From sequence record SRR20825010_3141: a DNA stretch of 49,826 nucleotides. One strand, given 5' to 3'. The position numbers and the translations under genes are program-made. Under the pieces are notes generated by a model. The model saw only the letters and a program-made list of their open reading frames with translations. It made no database searches and was not told where the DNA came from. Below, piece by piece: positions 27,793 through 37,724 of this stretch (position 1 is the stretch's first letter; each line of letters begins with the position of its first letter).

Positions 27793-29007
27793 TCACTCGT
27801 CGGGCTGGTTCGAGCCTTCGCACTCAACAAATTCGAGCGGTTGTTGCTCGCTGGTGTCCGCGACGCGAATCGCTAGTTCGCCGCGAAGGATCTTTCGAAA
27901 TGCGGTGCCAACAATGTCGCCACGCCATCCTTTTAGCAACGATGGCGTGGGTGTTCCGCGACGAGGATCCAACTCGTAAGACAACAGTTCTTTGACGTCA
28001 TCGGAATTACCGACGATCGCAGGTGCCAATTTTTGCTGGCGGCTAATGCAAGCGATCGAGGTCGAGAGAAACTGGCTCAGCATCGGCGAAGCACTCCGCG
28101 AACGTCCGCGCGTTCGACGGGGCAAATGTTCGTCAGGGACGTCCAGAGCCGCCGCAATAGCAGCCCCAATTTCATCGTACTGATCGTTGTACCCACGACG
28201 TTCCATGCCACGGATGTTGCGAATCTTTTTCGTGTCAGGTGAACCCTTCTTGGCGAGTTCGACCATCAGGTCGTCTCGCATCACCCGGCGAGGCAATCGA
28301 TTTTTGGTGCGAGCGATCTCTTCACGCCAACGCCAAAGGTGTCGGATGATTTCAAGTTGACGCGGTTTCAAACCGGAGCTGCCACTGACGCGCTGCCAGT
28401 TCTCACTTTCTTCGGCGTCGATGACCTTCTTTTGCAGGCGATCGGTTTCTTCCTCGAGCCACGAAACGCGGTCGAGAGCTTTGACATCGGCGATCAGCTT
28501 GGAGTGCATTTCCGCCAACGTCGTCACATCGTGCAGCGCGTATGTCAGCTGATCTTTGGTCAGAGGTCGATGTCGCCAGTTTGTTCGGGTCTCGCCTTTG
28601 GGAAGCGTTTGCCCGACCAATTTTTGAACCAGTGTCGCCAGCGATGCGGGGTATTCGATCCCGACAAATCCGGCGGCCAATTGAGTGTCGAACAATCCCG
28701 CGATCGGTCGGCCCGAATACCGATATGAGAATCGTATTTCTTCTCGAGCCGCGTGAGCGATGACGACTCGGCTGCCAGGTTCGATCTGGTCGTCGGTCAG
28801 GATGTCCCAAAAGGGCTTTGTGTCGCCGACGGTGTAAGGATCGATCACCGCCAAATGTTTGCCCGCGGCTACCTGGACCAGGCACAATTCGGGGCGGTAG
28901 CAGTCCTCGGACACGAATTCTGTGTCAAAACCGATCACGGGTTCGTCCGCAATGGCTTCGCAAAATTCAGCGAACTGCGAAGGCGTCTCGATGGAGTCGT
29001 AATTCAC
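27793..29007 (-). CDS. rnd: Ribonuclease D (DEDDy exonuclease plus HRDC)
   Basis: IGFDTEF, LCLVQ, HAAREE, LFDTQLAA, W..RPL...QL.YA..DV, and HRDC LWRWRE..AR. Likely start is GTG 29007 (MNYDSI). Confidence 0.88.
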   Translation of the reverse strand: MNYDSIETPSQFAEFCEAIADEPVIGFDTEFVSEDCYRPELCLVQVAAGKHLAVIDPYTVGDTKPFWDILTDDQIEPGSRVVIAHAAREEIRFSYRYSGRPIAGLFDTQLAAGFVGIEYPASLATLVQKLVGQTLPKGETRTNWRHRPLTKDQLTYALHDVTTLAEMHSKLIADVKALDRVSWLEEETDRLQKKVIDAEESENWQRVSGSSGLKPRQLEIIRHLWRWREEIARTKNRLPRRVMRDDLMVELAKKGSPDTKKIRNIRGMERRGYNDQYDEIGAAIAAALDVPDEHLPRRTRGRSRSASPMLSQFLSTSIACISRQQKLAPAIVGNSDDVKELLSYELDPRRGTPTPSLLKGWRGDIVGTAFRKILRGELAIRVADTSEQQPLEFVECEGSNQPDE

Positions 29008-29258
29008 CGCGGCAAATCCGGTGTCTTGTTGGGCGACGTTGATTTCACGTAAGTTGCGTTCCTGAAACGCTGTTTCGGAACGTTTGAGAAACAAGTGTCG
29101 GATATCTTTTTTCGGAGCGGCCTGTTGCGGGCATCGCCTAAAAGGTGCCTGACACTTGTTTCTTGCTCTTTGCTTTGACGAAGACTGTAGCTTGCCAGCC
29201 GCTTCGGGTCGATCGGATGTAGTGGTGGCTTGGATCAGATTGCCCCGAAGGAATCGAA

Positions 29259-30056
29259 GTGGAGTCGACTTCACCCCGCCAAAGATTGGTGCTTGCTAAA
29301 ACCGAAGCTCGTTCGACCTCTTCGGGGAAGGCGAGCGGGAGCGTTTCCAAATTGCTGGTCAGTGTGCGGGATCTGGGGGAGGCCCGTGTGGCCGTCTCCG
29401 GGGGCGTCGATATCCTTGACTTCAAAGAGCCTTCGCGGGGTGCTTTGGCCGCATGTGACCCGTGTGTTTGGAAGTCAGCCGTCAACGAATTCGTTGATGG
29501 TGCCCCCGCGGATTGCACTGTGCGGTTATCGGCGGCGTTGGGTGAGTCCGACACGGGGGCCGACTTATCTTCGCTCGTTCCGCCGGAGTTCTCTTTTGCA
29601 AAAGTCGGCCCTAGCGGTTGCTCCACCGCAAAGAAACTGATGGAGCTTTGGGAGTCGGTCCGACTGCCACAATCGGTTGAATTGGTGCCGGTCGCATACG
29701 CGGACCATCTTGCCGCCGACACAATCTCCGTGGAGGGAGTGCTCGACATCGTGATCGAATCAGGGCGTCATCGATTGTTGATCGATACGTTTTGTAAAGA
29801 CGGCCGAACATTGACGGACCATTTGTCGATCGATCGGCTGAGGGCGTTGGCAAACGTGGCGAGCGAGCACAATGTTTGGATCGCCTTGGCCGGATCACTG
29901 CGGCTGCCGGAGATGCGGTCGCTGATGAGCGAAGGCGTGCGTCCTGATTGCTGGGGTGTTCGTGGGGACGTGTGTGATCAACGCGAACGGACCGGGCGGA
30001 TCAATTTGCATAAAGTCACTGCCTGGAGAAAAGCAACAGGCTCTCCGGCGATCTAG
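29259..30056 (+). CDS. mfnB: (5-formylfuran-3-yl)methyl phosphate synthase homologue (DUF556; methanofuran/methylofuran biosynthesis)
   Basis: LLVSV...EA..A..GG.DILDFKEP.RGAL, FAKVG, VAYAD, LIDT..KDG, ALAGSL, D..GVRG all fit the MfnB pattern. The exact start is uncertain. Confidence 0.82.
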   Translation: MESTSPRQRLVLAKTEARSTSSGKASGSVSKLLVSVRDLGEARVAVSGGVDILDFKEPSRGALAACDPCVWKSAVNEFVDGAPADCTVRLSAALGESDTGADLSSLVPPEFSFAKVGPSGCSTAKKLMELWESVRLPQSVELVPVAYADHLAADTISVEGVLDIVIESGRHRLLIDTFCKDGRTLTDHLSIDRLRALANVASEHNVWIALAGSLRLPEMRSLMSEGVRPDCWGVRGDVCDQRERTGRINLHKVTAWRKATGSPAI

Positions 30057-30084
30057 CGTCATTCGGGTTCACGGGTGGTGCACG

Positions 30085-30119
30085 AAAAAACGCCCGATCG
30101 CGATTGGCGACCGGGCGTT
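30085..30119 (-). terminator. Rho-independent terminator after tig
   Basis: Minus strand AACGCCCGGTCGC-CAATC-GCGATCGGGCGTT-TTTT (one G-U pair), 26 nt after the tig stop. Confidence 0.8.
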
Positions 30120-30145
30120 GATGCGATTGGAAAAGGGACTTGGAA

Positions 30146-31666
30146 TCAGTCCTTGTCTTTTTCCTGCTTGTCTTCAGTTTCGGCGCCCTTCGGCGTGTTG
30201 TCATCGTACTTGGCTGCTGGGATCGCGTCGTGATCCTTGGTTGGCAGCACTTCGTGATCGATGGCGAACTCTTCGTTCTTCTCTTCGGCTTCTTTTTCGA
30301 CAGGTTCTTCGGTAACCGTTGCCGCTTCGGAGATCAATTCAATGACCTTGCGCTCAACGATCTGGTTACGAAGAGCATCCATTTGACCGGTCTTTTCCAG
30401 ACGAGCACGGACGCGACGTGGCGACGAATCGCTTTGCTCAGCGATCAGCTGGATTTCCGTTTCGTATTCTTGAGGTTCCGCGTCGATTTTCTCTTCGTCG
30501 GCGATTTGCTCAAGGATGAAGTGCTCACGCAGCGAGGACTCGGTGCCCTGTTGCATGTTCTGCTTGCTGGCGTTGACGAAACGACGAATCATGTCGTCGT
30601 CGAAGCCGCTGCGACGGAACTCGAGAACCTTGCGGTCGAGTTCTCGTTTCATTTGGCGACGCACCAAGGTCGGTGGCAATTCGAAGTCTGCCGAAGCCAG
30701 CAGTTTTTCGATGATGCTGCCCCGCATCGCTTGTTCGGTGCGGAAGTTGGCTTGTCGTTCCAATGATGCACGAACGAATTCGCGAAGTTCATCTTCGGTT
30801 TCGAACTCGCCCAATTCATCGAGGAATTCGGAGGTCAGTTCTGGAAGTTGCTCTTTCAAGACTTCGACGACCGTGAAAGTGGCGTCGACTTCTTTGCCTT
30901 GCATTTCTTCGTTGGCGTGACCTTCGCCGAGTTTGACCTTGCCGGTCACGACATCGCCTTCTTTGCAATCCTTCATCAGTTCGCCGAAGTTTTCGCAAAC
31001 CGCATCGGAGAGGCTGAGGCGATTGGCCAACGTGACGCGTTCTTCGTCCATCTCGGAGATGGTTTTTTCGCCGTCAACAAATTTGCCAGTGATCAACAAG
31101 CGATCGCCGATCTCGGCTGGTGCGTCGCTGGCTTCCAAAGAAGCGTAGCGTGAAAGGACTCGTTGAAGAGCTGCGTCGACGTCTTCTTCAGAGATCGTTT
31201 CGACAGGTTTTTTCAGTTCCAGTTTCTTCCAGTCTGGAGTTTCGAATTCAGGTCGCACTTCGATGCTGAATTGATATTTGAATTCGCCTTTTTCAGGCAG
31301 TTCGATCGACTCGTAATCGAAGTCAGGTTCACCGATCGCTGAGAACTCAGCATCTTCGGTGACTTTGGCGAGGCTGTCCATCAACAGCGAGCCTTTGACT
31401 CGATCTTCGATGCGATCTTTGAATTGTTTTTCAACCAACTTGCGTGGCGCGCGGCCGGCACGGAATCCAGGAACCTGGGCTTCCGGAACGAGTTCGTCGT
31501 ACGCGTCCTTCATGTAGCGATCCACTTCGCCACGAGGGATGGTGACAACAACCTCCCGCAAACAGGCATGAGGTTTCGTAACCTCCATGTTCAACTGCAG
31601 CGGGTCTTTGACGGGAGCAGCCGCGTCTTCGGCGGGCGTTGAATCGGTGTCGAAAGACGTGGACAT
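30146..31666 (-). CDS. tig: Trigger factor
   Basis: Ribosome-binding signature VPGFRAGRAP, EVRPE, FKBP-like middle domain and helical C-domain. Start ATG 31666 (MSTSF). Confidence 0.93.
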   Translation of the reverse strand: MSTSFDTDSTPAEDAAAPVKDPLQLNMEVTKPHACLREVVVTIPRGEVDRYMKDAYDELVPEAQVPGFRAGRAPRKLVEKQFKDRIEDRVKGSLLMDSLAKVTEDAEFSAIGEPDFDYESIELPEKGEFKYQFSIEVRPEFETPDWKKLELKKPVETISEEDVDAALQRVLSRYASLEASDAPAEIGDRLLITGKFVDGEKTISEMDEERVTLANRLSLSDAVCENFGELMKDCKEGDVVTGKVKLGEGHANEEMQGKEVDATFTVVEVLKEQLPELTSEFLDELGEFETEDELREFVRASLERQANFRTEQAMRGSIIEKLLASADFELPPTLVRRQMKRELDRKVLEFRRSGFDDDMIRRFVNASKQNMQQGTESSLREHFILEQIADEEKIDAEPQEYETEIQLIAEQSDSSPRRVRARLEKTGQMDALRNQIVERKVIELISEAATVTEEPVEKEAEEKNEEFAIDHEVLPTKDHDAIPAAKYDDNTPKGAETEDKQEKDKD

Positions 31667-31816
31667 CCTGATTTTGAACCTTGTGTTAGAAAAACGAATC
31701 GATCGAACCGGAACTGGCTCTCGATTACTTCGGGAAGCGAAATCGAATAGGCCGGGGTGATCGGACGCTTCGACCGGGGGGCCACCTGCTTCAGGGGCCG
31801 TTTCATGCAGCGGCAA

Positions 31817-31846
31817 AGTGTAGTGTTTTCCGGCGATGATCGACAA
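31817..31846 (-). promoter_or_regulatory. Possible sigma70 promoter for tig
   Basis: Minus strand TTGTCG-N18-TACACT, about 150 nt upstream of the start codon. Confidence 0.4.
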
Positions 31847-31872
31847 GCGGTTAAAAAACCTTTCAAGTCGAC

Positions 31873-31900
31873 TTGCGACAAATCCGATGGTTCCTATACT
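31873..31900 (+). promoter_or_regulatory. Sigma70-type promoter for tRNA-Gly
   Basis: TTGCGA-N16-TATACT ending 20 nt before the tRNA. Confidence 0.6.
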
Positions 31901-31920
31901 GTGCCCCACACAACTGAAAC

Positions 31921-31993
31921 GCGGCTGTAGCTCAGTTGGCAGAGCATCACGTTGCCAACGTGATTGTCGTCGGTTCGAATCCGATCAGCCGCT
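31921..31993 (+). tRNA. tRNA-Gly (anticodon GCC), CCA not encoded
   Basis: Acceptor GCGGCTG/CAGCCGC, D arm GCTC-AGTTGGCA-GAGC, anticodon arm TCACG-TTGCCAA-CGTGA, T loop GGTTCGAATCC. Confidence 0.97.
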
Positions 31994-32000
31994 CTTCAAG

Positions 32001-32032
32001 ACCACGCCCGGACATCACGGGCGTGGTTTTTT
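32001..32032 (+). terminator. Rho-independent terminator after tRNA-Gly
   Basis: ACCACGCCCG-GACATCA-CGGGCGTGGT followed by a T run. Confidence 0.88.
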
Positions 32033-32152
32033 TATGCCCATTGGGGCGGATCCTCGTTTGCGAGTTGCCGTTGATGCGGAATGGCTGGTACGCTTCCGCG
32101 TTCACTCGAATGACCCACGCCAGTTTTCTTTAGCCTCTTCGCCGAGACGAAC

Positions 32153-33163
32153 GTGCCCCACGCCCAGATTGGTCCCATCTCGGTGCATCTTCCGGAACAT
32201 GTGGAAGACAATGCGACGCTGAAGGAACAGTTCCCCTCGTGGGATCTCGACTTGATCTCGGAAAAAACGGGCATTCACCAGCGGCACATCGCCAAGCCGG
32301 ACGAGACAGCGGCAGATTTGGCGGTTCAGGCGTGCGAGCAATTGTTTGAACGCGAAAACTTGGATCGGTCGTCGATCGATTTCGTATTGCTGTGCACCCA
32401 GACACCGGATTATCCGCTGCCGACCACCGCGTGCCTGCTGCAGGATCGGTTGGGGCTGCGAACCCAATGCGGCGCGATCGATTTCAATCTCGGTTGCAGC
32501 GGGTTTGTGTACGGCACCGCCATGGCCGACGGATTGATCCGGACCGGCGTTGCGAAAAAAGTTCTGCTCGTGACGGCGGAAACTTACAGCAAATACATCG
32601 ATGAGAATGATCGCAGTTTGCGGACCATTTTCGGTGACGCCGCCGCGGCGACTTTGATCACGTCCGCCGACCAACCCTCTCTATGGGGATATCAATTCGG
32701 CAGCGACGGCAGTGGCGCGGACATGTTGATTGTGGGCAACGGCGGAAGTCGCCCGGCCGAGGACGCGATTCCGCCTCGCCACCGCAAGCGTTGGAAGAGT
32801 CGTCTGTATATGGATGGCCCCAGCCTGATCAACTTCACGGTCGAAGCGATCCCAAGGTTGGTGGATGAAATCCTGACGGAAAACGGATTGTCGGACGACG
32901 AAATCGGCCACTATCTCTTCCATCAGGCCACTTGGAAAATGTTGGACCAACTTCGCAAGCGAATGGACATCTCTCCGGAGCGACTGCCGGTCGATTTGGC
33001 GGATGTCGGGAATACGGTATCTTGCACGTTGCCCATTCTGATCGATCGGATGCGACAACGCGACGAACTGGTTCGGAATGCAACCAATGTTTTGGTCGGT
33101 TTTGGCGTAGGTTTGTCCTGGGGTGGGTGCCTTTGGCGCGATCAGTACCGAGATCAGTCCTGA
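32153..33163 (+). CDS. fabH: 3-oxoacyl-ACP synthase III (KAS III) family
   Basis: KTGI..R, NLGCSGF (Cys), FGDAAAA, HQA (His), VGNT (Asn), GFGVGLSW. Confidence 0.88.
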   Translation: MPHAQIGPISVHLPEHVEDNATLKEQFPSWDLDLISEKTGIHQRHIAKPDETAADLAVQACEQLFERENLDRSSIDFVLLCTQTPDYPLPTTACLLQDRLGLRTQCGAIDFNLGCSGFVYGTAMADGLIRTGVAKKVLLVTAETYSKYIDENDRSLRTIFGDAAAATLITSADQPSLWGYQFGSDGSGADMLIVGNGGSRPAEDAIPPRHRKRWKSRLYMDGPSLINFTVEAIPRLVDEILTENGLSDDEIGHYLFHQATWKMLDQLRKRMDISPERLPVDLADVGNTVSCTLPILIDRMRQRDELVRNATNVLVGFGVGLSWGGCLWRDQYRDQS

Positions 33164-33321
33164 ATTTAGCAATCAGCGGGAATGAAGACTCAAGTACCTT
33201 TTGGGCGTGGCATCCGGCTTGTGCGTTGCACCCAGCGGGCCGTTCCGGCAGAAGGCATTCGCCTCGTCCTACTCAACCGTTCCTTATCCACGCAGTTGCC
33301 GGTCCTTGACCCGGGCTTGAG

Positions 33322-34101
33322 ATGAAAACGTCCCAGAATTGCACCGGTTGTTTCTTGATCGCGTCGCCATATTTGCATGACGGCAATTTTTTCCGATCTG
33401 TCGTGCTGATCATTCGGCACACGCACGAAGGTGCATTTGGCGTGGTCATCAACCGCGCCGGACCTCAGCGTTTTGGCGATGTGATTGAAATGAGCGATCC
33501 GTCGTGGCAGGCATCCAGCGGTCCGGACATGAGTTCGTTGCTTGCTTCGCAGGCTGAGTCGACATCCTTGGGCGATGCCAGCAACCCGAACAAAACGAAC
33601 GAGTCTCTCCAAATACACCCCGACCAGATTTATCTGGGCGGTCCAGTCAATGGACCCGTTTTGGCCCTGCACAACATCGCCGGTATTGGCGATCCGTGTG
33701 GGGTGGATATCGGCGAAGGGGCCGAAAATGATCCCGCAGGATCCAAGACTCTGCTGCACGATCATCCAGCCGAACCATGGGGTTCGATGTCGATCCAGTG
33801 GGCGGACGTTCCGGCTTGGGTGACATCGGATGAAGACCACTTGAGATTGCTGGCTCGGCGAGACGACGCCAAGTTGCGTTACGTGGTTGGCTATTCGGGA
33901 TGGGGGCCAATGCAATTGGAAAGCGAGTTGGAAGAAGGCGGTTGGTTGGTCACTCCCGCCGACACGGATTCCATTTTTGGTCCCTGCGAAGAAGTCTGGG
34001 AAAAATTGGTGCGTCGTTGCGGCCAAGCGATCATGAAGGATTTGACGCCGGACGTGCCCTTCCCTTCTGAGCAACAGGGTTTCGACCCGGGTGTGAATTG
34101 A
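33322..34101 (+). CDS. YqgE/AlgH (DUF179) family protein with insertions
   Basis: LIASP...D.NF.RSVVL...H..EGAFG.VIN, GGPV, LH, GYSGWGPMQLESE...W. Confidence 0.88.
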   Translation: MKTSQNCTGCFLIASPYLHDGNFFRSVVLIIRHTHEGAFGVVINRAGPQRFGDVIEMSDPSWQASSGPDMSSLLASQAESTSLGDASNPNKTNESLQIHPDQIYLGGPVNGPVLALHNIAGIGDPCGVDIGEGAENDPAGSKTLLHDHPAEPWGSMSIQWADVPAWVTSDEDHLRLLARRDDAKLRYVVGYSGWGPMQLESELEEGGWLVTPADTDSIFGPCEEVWEKLVRRCGQAIMKDLTPDVPFPSEQQGFDPGVN

Positions 34102-34815
34102 ATGGCTCGGTATGTGATCGGCGACGTCCACGGTTGCGCCAAAGCCCTCCGGTCAATGATCCAGGAGCTCGCGCCGACCGCCGATGATGAGCTGATTTTC
34201 CTCGGCGACTACATCGACCGAGGCCCCGATTCTCGCGATGTCATCGATCAATTGATCGAATTGCAGTCGGCGTGCAAAGTGATTCCCCTGCGTGGTAACC
34301 ATGAATGGATGCTGCAAAGCGTGGTATCGCGAGGCTTGGACGATGCGATGTGGCTTCGCAGCGGCGGCAAAGCAACGGTGACCAGTTACGGTGGTTCAAC
34401 GGGCAAAATCCCCAAAGATCACCTCGCGTTTTTTGAGGCGTTGCTTCCGAGTTACGAGACGGATCAAGAAATTTTCGTGCACGCGATGTACGACCCGAGT
34501 TGCGATGTCGAGTCACAGAGCGACGAGTTGACATATTGGACGCATCTGCCCGCGAGTCTGCCCGCACCTCATCATAGCGGGAAACGCGTTTTCGTCGGGC
34601 ACACGCCCCAGCCGACCGGGGAAGTTCTACGGCACACCCACCTGGTTTGCATGGACACGTATTGTTTCGGCGGTGGGTTTCTTTCCGCGATGGATTTGGA
34701 ATCTGAGACAGTCCTGCAGGTGGATCGGCACGGGCACATCCGTCGTGTCCCCGTCGAGCGATTCGCGATGTTGATGAAAGGCTGCGTCCAGTGGTTCCGA
34801 TCTCGGAATTCCTAG
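34102..34815 (+). CDS. Calcineurin-like Ser/Thr protein phosphatase (PPP family metallophosphoesterase)
   Basis: GDVHG, GDYIDRG, RGNHE, FVHA, GHTP, MDT. Starts on the base after the yqgE stop. Confidence 0.9.
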   Translation: MARYVIGDVHGCAKALRSMIQELAPTADDELIFLGDYIDRGPDSRDVIDQLIELQSACKVIPLRGNHEWMLQSVVSRGLDDAMWLRSGGKATVTSYGGSTGKIPKDHLAFFEALLPSYETDQEIFVHAMYDPSCDVESQSDELTYWTHLPASLPAPHHSGKRVFVGHTPQPTGEVLRHTHLVCMDTYCFGGGFLSAMDLESETVLQVDRHGHIRRVPVERFAMLMKGCVQWFRSRNS

Positions 34816-35000
34816 ATCGTGGCTTGCTATACTGGTTCGACAGCACCTTTGGGAACGAGCCCGATGCAGATGGCCAGGCTTTCTGGTCATGGATTTACGG
34901 GCCGCCCTAATTGTGCAATATCGCTCCGACGAGCATGTGTTGGTCGGTTGAGCATGCTTTGCGTTGTTGCCACGTCCCCGGAATACGAGACTAACTCGCT

Positions 35001-37112
35001 TTGACTTCATCGAACGAATTGACGTTTCCAAAGCAGCGACGGCAGCATGGTTTTTACCGAATCGCGGCGGTGTCACCGAAAGTCGTCGTGGCCGATCCCG
35101 CAGCAAATGCGGCGGAAACGATTAAGGCGATGGATGCTGTTGTTCAGCAATCTGATCCCGATTTGATACTGTTCCCGGAACTCGGATTGTCCGCATACAC
35201 GTGCGGCGATTTATTCGCGACGCAGACGTTGTTGGATGCGAGTCTGGACGCGCTTCGGACGATCGCCACGCATTCCCATTCCTGCGACGCCGCGATCATC
35301 GTTGGTTTGCCACTGCGGGTGGGAACCAGCGTCATGAATGTCGCTGCGCTAGTGCGTGGTGGGTTGATCCGCGGATTGGTACCCAAGACGTTCTTGCCCA
35401 ACTATCGCGAATTTTATGAAGCGAGGCATTTTCGAGCAGCTTCGGCTACCGATCCCGCGACCGTTCGGATTGATCGACAAGACATCCCCTTTGGAACTGA
35501 TTTGTTGTTTCAAGACGGTGCCGCGACGCTTGGGGTGGAAATTTGCGAAGATCTTTGGGTGCCAGTTCCACCGAGCAGTCATGCGGCGATCGCTGGTGCA
35601 AACGTGGTCGCCAATTTGTCGGCCAGCAACGAATTGATTGGCAAAGCTCAATGGCGTCGAGATTTGGTTGTCAGTCAATCGGGGCGTTTGATCGCGGCCT
35701 ATGCCTACTCTTCGGCGGGTGGTGGTGAGTCAACGAGTGATTTGGTTTTCGGTGGACATTGTTTGATCGCCGAAAACGGGGCTTTGATCGGAGAGTCTCG
35801 ACGAATTGGCGACACTGATGACGAAGACTTGCCAGTGCAAACCCAGTTGATTCGCGATGTCGACTTGCAACGACTCGACCATGATCGACGCGTGGTCGGT
35901 TCGTTCGATGATTTTCAGGCCTCGCTGCCTCGGCCTTACCGAACGATCGATGTGGCATGGGCAGGTTCGAAGAAACGGCCATCGTCTACCGCGTTGTTGC
36001 GAACCGGAAAGGGCAATGAGAAGGATGCGATGCACAGCGATCAGTCAGACTTCAATCGGTTGCTCCGGCGAGTGGATCCGCATCCATTTGTGCCAGACGA
36101 TTTGTCTAAACGAGAGGAGCGGTGTGGGGAGATTCTTGCGATTCAAACCGCGGGATTGGTCAAACGGTTGCAGCAATTGCCCGCTGATCTACCACTAACG
36201 ATTGGGATCTCCGGTGGGCTCGATAGCACCTTGGCATTGCTAGTCGCGGTTTCGGCGGTGGATCAACTGAAGCGAGATCGAAAGGTGATCGATGCGATCA
36301 TCATGCCTGGATTCGGCACGACCCAGCACACCAACGACAGCGCGACGCAATTGGTCGAGGGGCTAGGGGTGACGTCGGAAAGCATTGATATCCGACCGCT
36401 CGCGTTGCGAACGTTCTTGGATATTGGGCATTCACCCTTGGGGTTGGCGATTGACGTGTCAACCGAAATTGATGACCTGCAATCACGTCTACAAAAGGTT
36501 GACGTCAACGCGACTGACTTAAAATTCGAGAACGTCCAGGCGCGCCTCCGAACGATGTTGTTGATGAGTCGCGGATTTGTGCTTGGAACTGGTGACCTGT
36601 CCGAGCAGGCTCTGGGATGGAGCACGTACAACGGCGATCACATGTCCATGTACAACGTGAACGCATCGGTTCCGAAAACATTGGTGCGTTACCTCGTGCA
36701 GTACGCCGCCGACCATCGGTATCGTTCGTCCTTGCACGAGACCTTGCATCGGATCGCCGACACGCCGATCTCGCCCGAACTATTACCGCCCACCGAAGAT
36801 GGTGAGATCCGGCAAAACACTGAGGCTTCGATCGGCCCATACGAACTGCATGACTTCTTTCTGTATCACTTCGTTCGTGGTGGCTGTGATGTCGCGAAAA
36901 TGTGTTTTATGGCGGAGCAAACGAAATTCGATTTGCCGCATTCCGCTGAGCTGATTGAGGCGACGGCGAAAACGTTTGTTCGGCGGTTCTTTCAAAATCA
37001 ATTCAAACGCAACTGTGTTCCGGATGGACCGAAGATCGGTTCGGTCAGCTTGTCGCCTCGTGGTGATTGGCGGATGCCCGCTGATGCGTCGAGTGCCGCG
37101 TTCCGCGATTGA
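35001..37112 (+). CDS. nadE: Glutamine-dependent NAD+ synthetase
   Basis: N-terminal glutaminase (FPEL..SAYTCGDLF, PKTFLPNYREFYE, EICEDLW) and synthetase domain (SGGLDST, ENVQAR, GTGDLSE, PISPEL, QFKR). Confidence 0.95.
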   Translation: MTSSNELTFPKQRRQHGFYRIAAVSPKVVVADPAANAAETIKAMDAVVQQSDPDLILFPELGLSAYTCGDLFATQTLLDASLDALRTIATHSHSCDAAIIVGLPLRVGTSVMNVAALVRGGLIRGLVPKTFLPNYREFYEARHFRAASATDPATVRIDRQDIPFGTDLLFQDGAATLGVEICEDLWVPVPPSSHAAIAGANVVANLSASNELIGKAQWRRDLVVSQSGRLIAAYAYSSAGGGESTSDLVFGGHCLIAENGALIGESRRIGDTDDEDLPVQTQLIRDVDLQRLDHDRRVVGSFDDFQASLPRPYRTIDVAWAGSKKRPSSTALLRTGKGNEKDAMHSDQSDFNRLLRRVDPHPFVPDDLSKREERCGEILAIQTAGLVKRLQQLPADLPLTIGISGGLDSTLALLVAVSAVDQLKRDRKVIDAIIMPGFGTTQHTNDSATQLVEGLGVTSESIDIRPLALRTFLDIGHSPLGLAIDVSTEIDDLQSRLQKVDVNATDLKFENVQARLRTMLLMSRGFVLGTGDLSEQALGWSTYNGDHMSMYNVNASVPKTLVRYLVQYAADHRYRSSLHETLHRIADTPISPELLPPTEDGEIRQNTEASIGPYELHDFFLYHFVRGGCDVAKMCFMAEQTKFDLPHSAELIEATAKTFVRRFFQNQFKRNCVPDGPKIGSVSLSPRGDWRMPADASSAAFRD

Positions 37113-37226
37113 ACTTCATTGCCACCCATTCGCGTCGAAGCGACAGCGTGCACAATATGAGTTGTCGGCTTAGGCTGCACGTTGCCATGTAGGCGATTTC
37201 ATTTCTATTCCTTGAGACCATGATCC

Positions 37227-37571
37227 ATGTCAAACGATTCTGCCTTGCCACTTGAAATCACGGTTTCCGATTTGGACGCGATGCGAACCCGCGGTGACGA
37301 GTTCGTTTTGCTGGACGTGCGTGAAACAGCCGAATATGAAACGGCTCGCATCGAAGGCTCGAAACTGTTGCCGATGAGCGAGATTCAGCAACGCTTGTCA
37401 GAGCTCGACGAGCATCGCCAAGATCACATCGTCGTTCAGTGTCACCACGGTGGACGCAGTATGCAGGTGACTCAGTTCTTGCAATCGCAAGGATTTGAGA
37501 AGGTTCAGAATTTGGCAGGCGGAATCGATCAATGGTCGCAGCAGATCGATTCGTCGGTTCCTCGCTATTGA
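37227..37571 (+). CDS. Single-domain rhodanese (sulfurtransferase)
   Basis: LLDVRE..EY, active-site loop CHHGGRS, NLAGGIDQW, VPRY. Confidence 0.9.
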   Translation: MSNDSALPLEITVSDLDAMRTRGDEFVLLDVRETAEYETARIEGSKLLPMSEIQQRLSELDEHRQDHIVVQCHHGGRSMQVTQFLQSQGFEKVQNLAGGIDQWSQQIDSSVPRY

Positions 37572-37724
37572 GGTTTCAACCCCGGTGAAGTCAATCTTTA
37601 ACGCGTTGGTAAGGTGCGCGGTTTGAGGTGTTTTTGCCTGTCGTTCGGATAGTTTTAGTCCTGACGATCATTCCTCGTCGATAAGCGATGTCAGTCATCC
37701 AAAGTTCGACGGAGAAAGTAGCTG

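Noticed and set aside
29008-29274. N-terminal extensions in the ORF track (rnd here; also tig, the oxidoreductases, the nitrilase, the LRR protein and larE)
   Set aside because: The extensions are not family-like and run into promoters or neighbouring genes, so downstream starts were chosen.
30140-30920. Plus-strand ORFs of 208 and 134 aa opposite tig
   Set aside because: The Phe/Leu-rich translation is the reverse complement of Glu/Lys codons in tig.
31921-32152. tRNA-Gly as an integration site for a genomic island
   Set aside because: No integrase, no visible duplicated tRNA 3' end, and housekeeping genes on both sides.
4924-34815. Kinase and PPP phosphatase as a cognate pair
   Set aside because: They are about 28 kb apart, and planctomycete genomes encode many kinases; nothing in the sequence links them.
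6552-37571. A unified NAD/sulfur-relay system (larE, sthA, moaDE, nadE, rhodanese)
   Set aside because: The genes are spread over about 30 kb in separate transcription units among unrelated genes, so the theme is probably coincidental.
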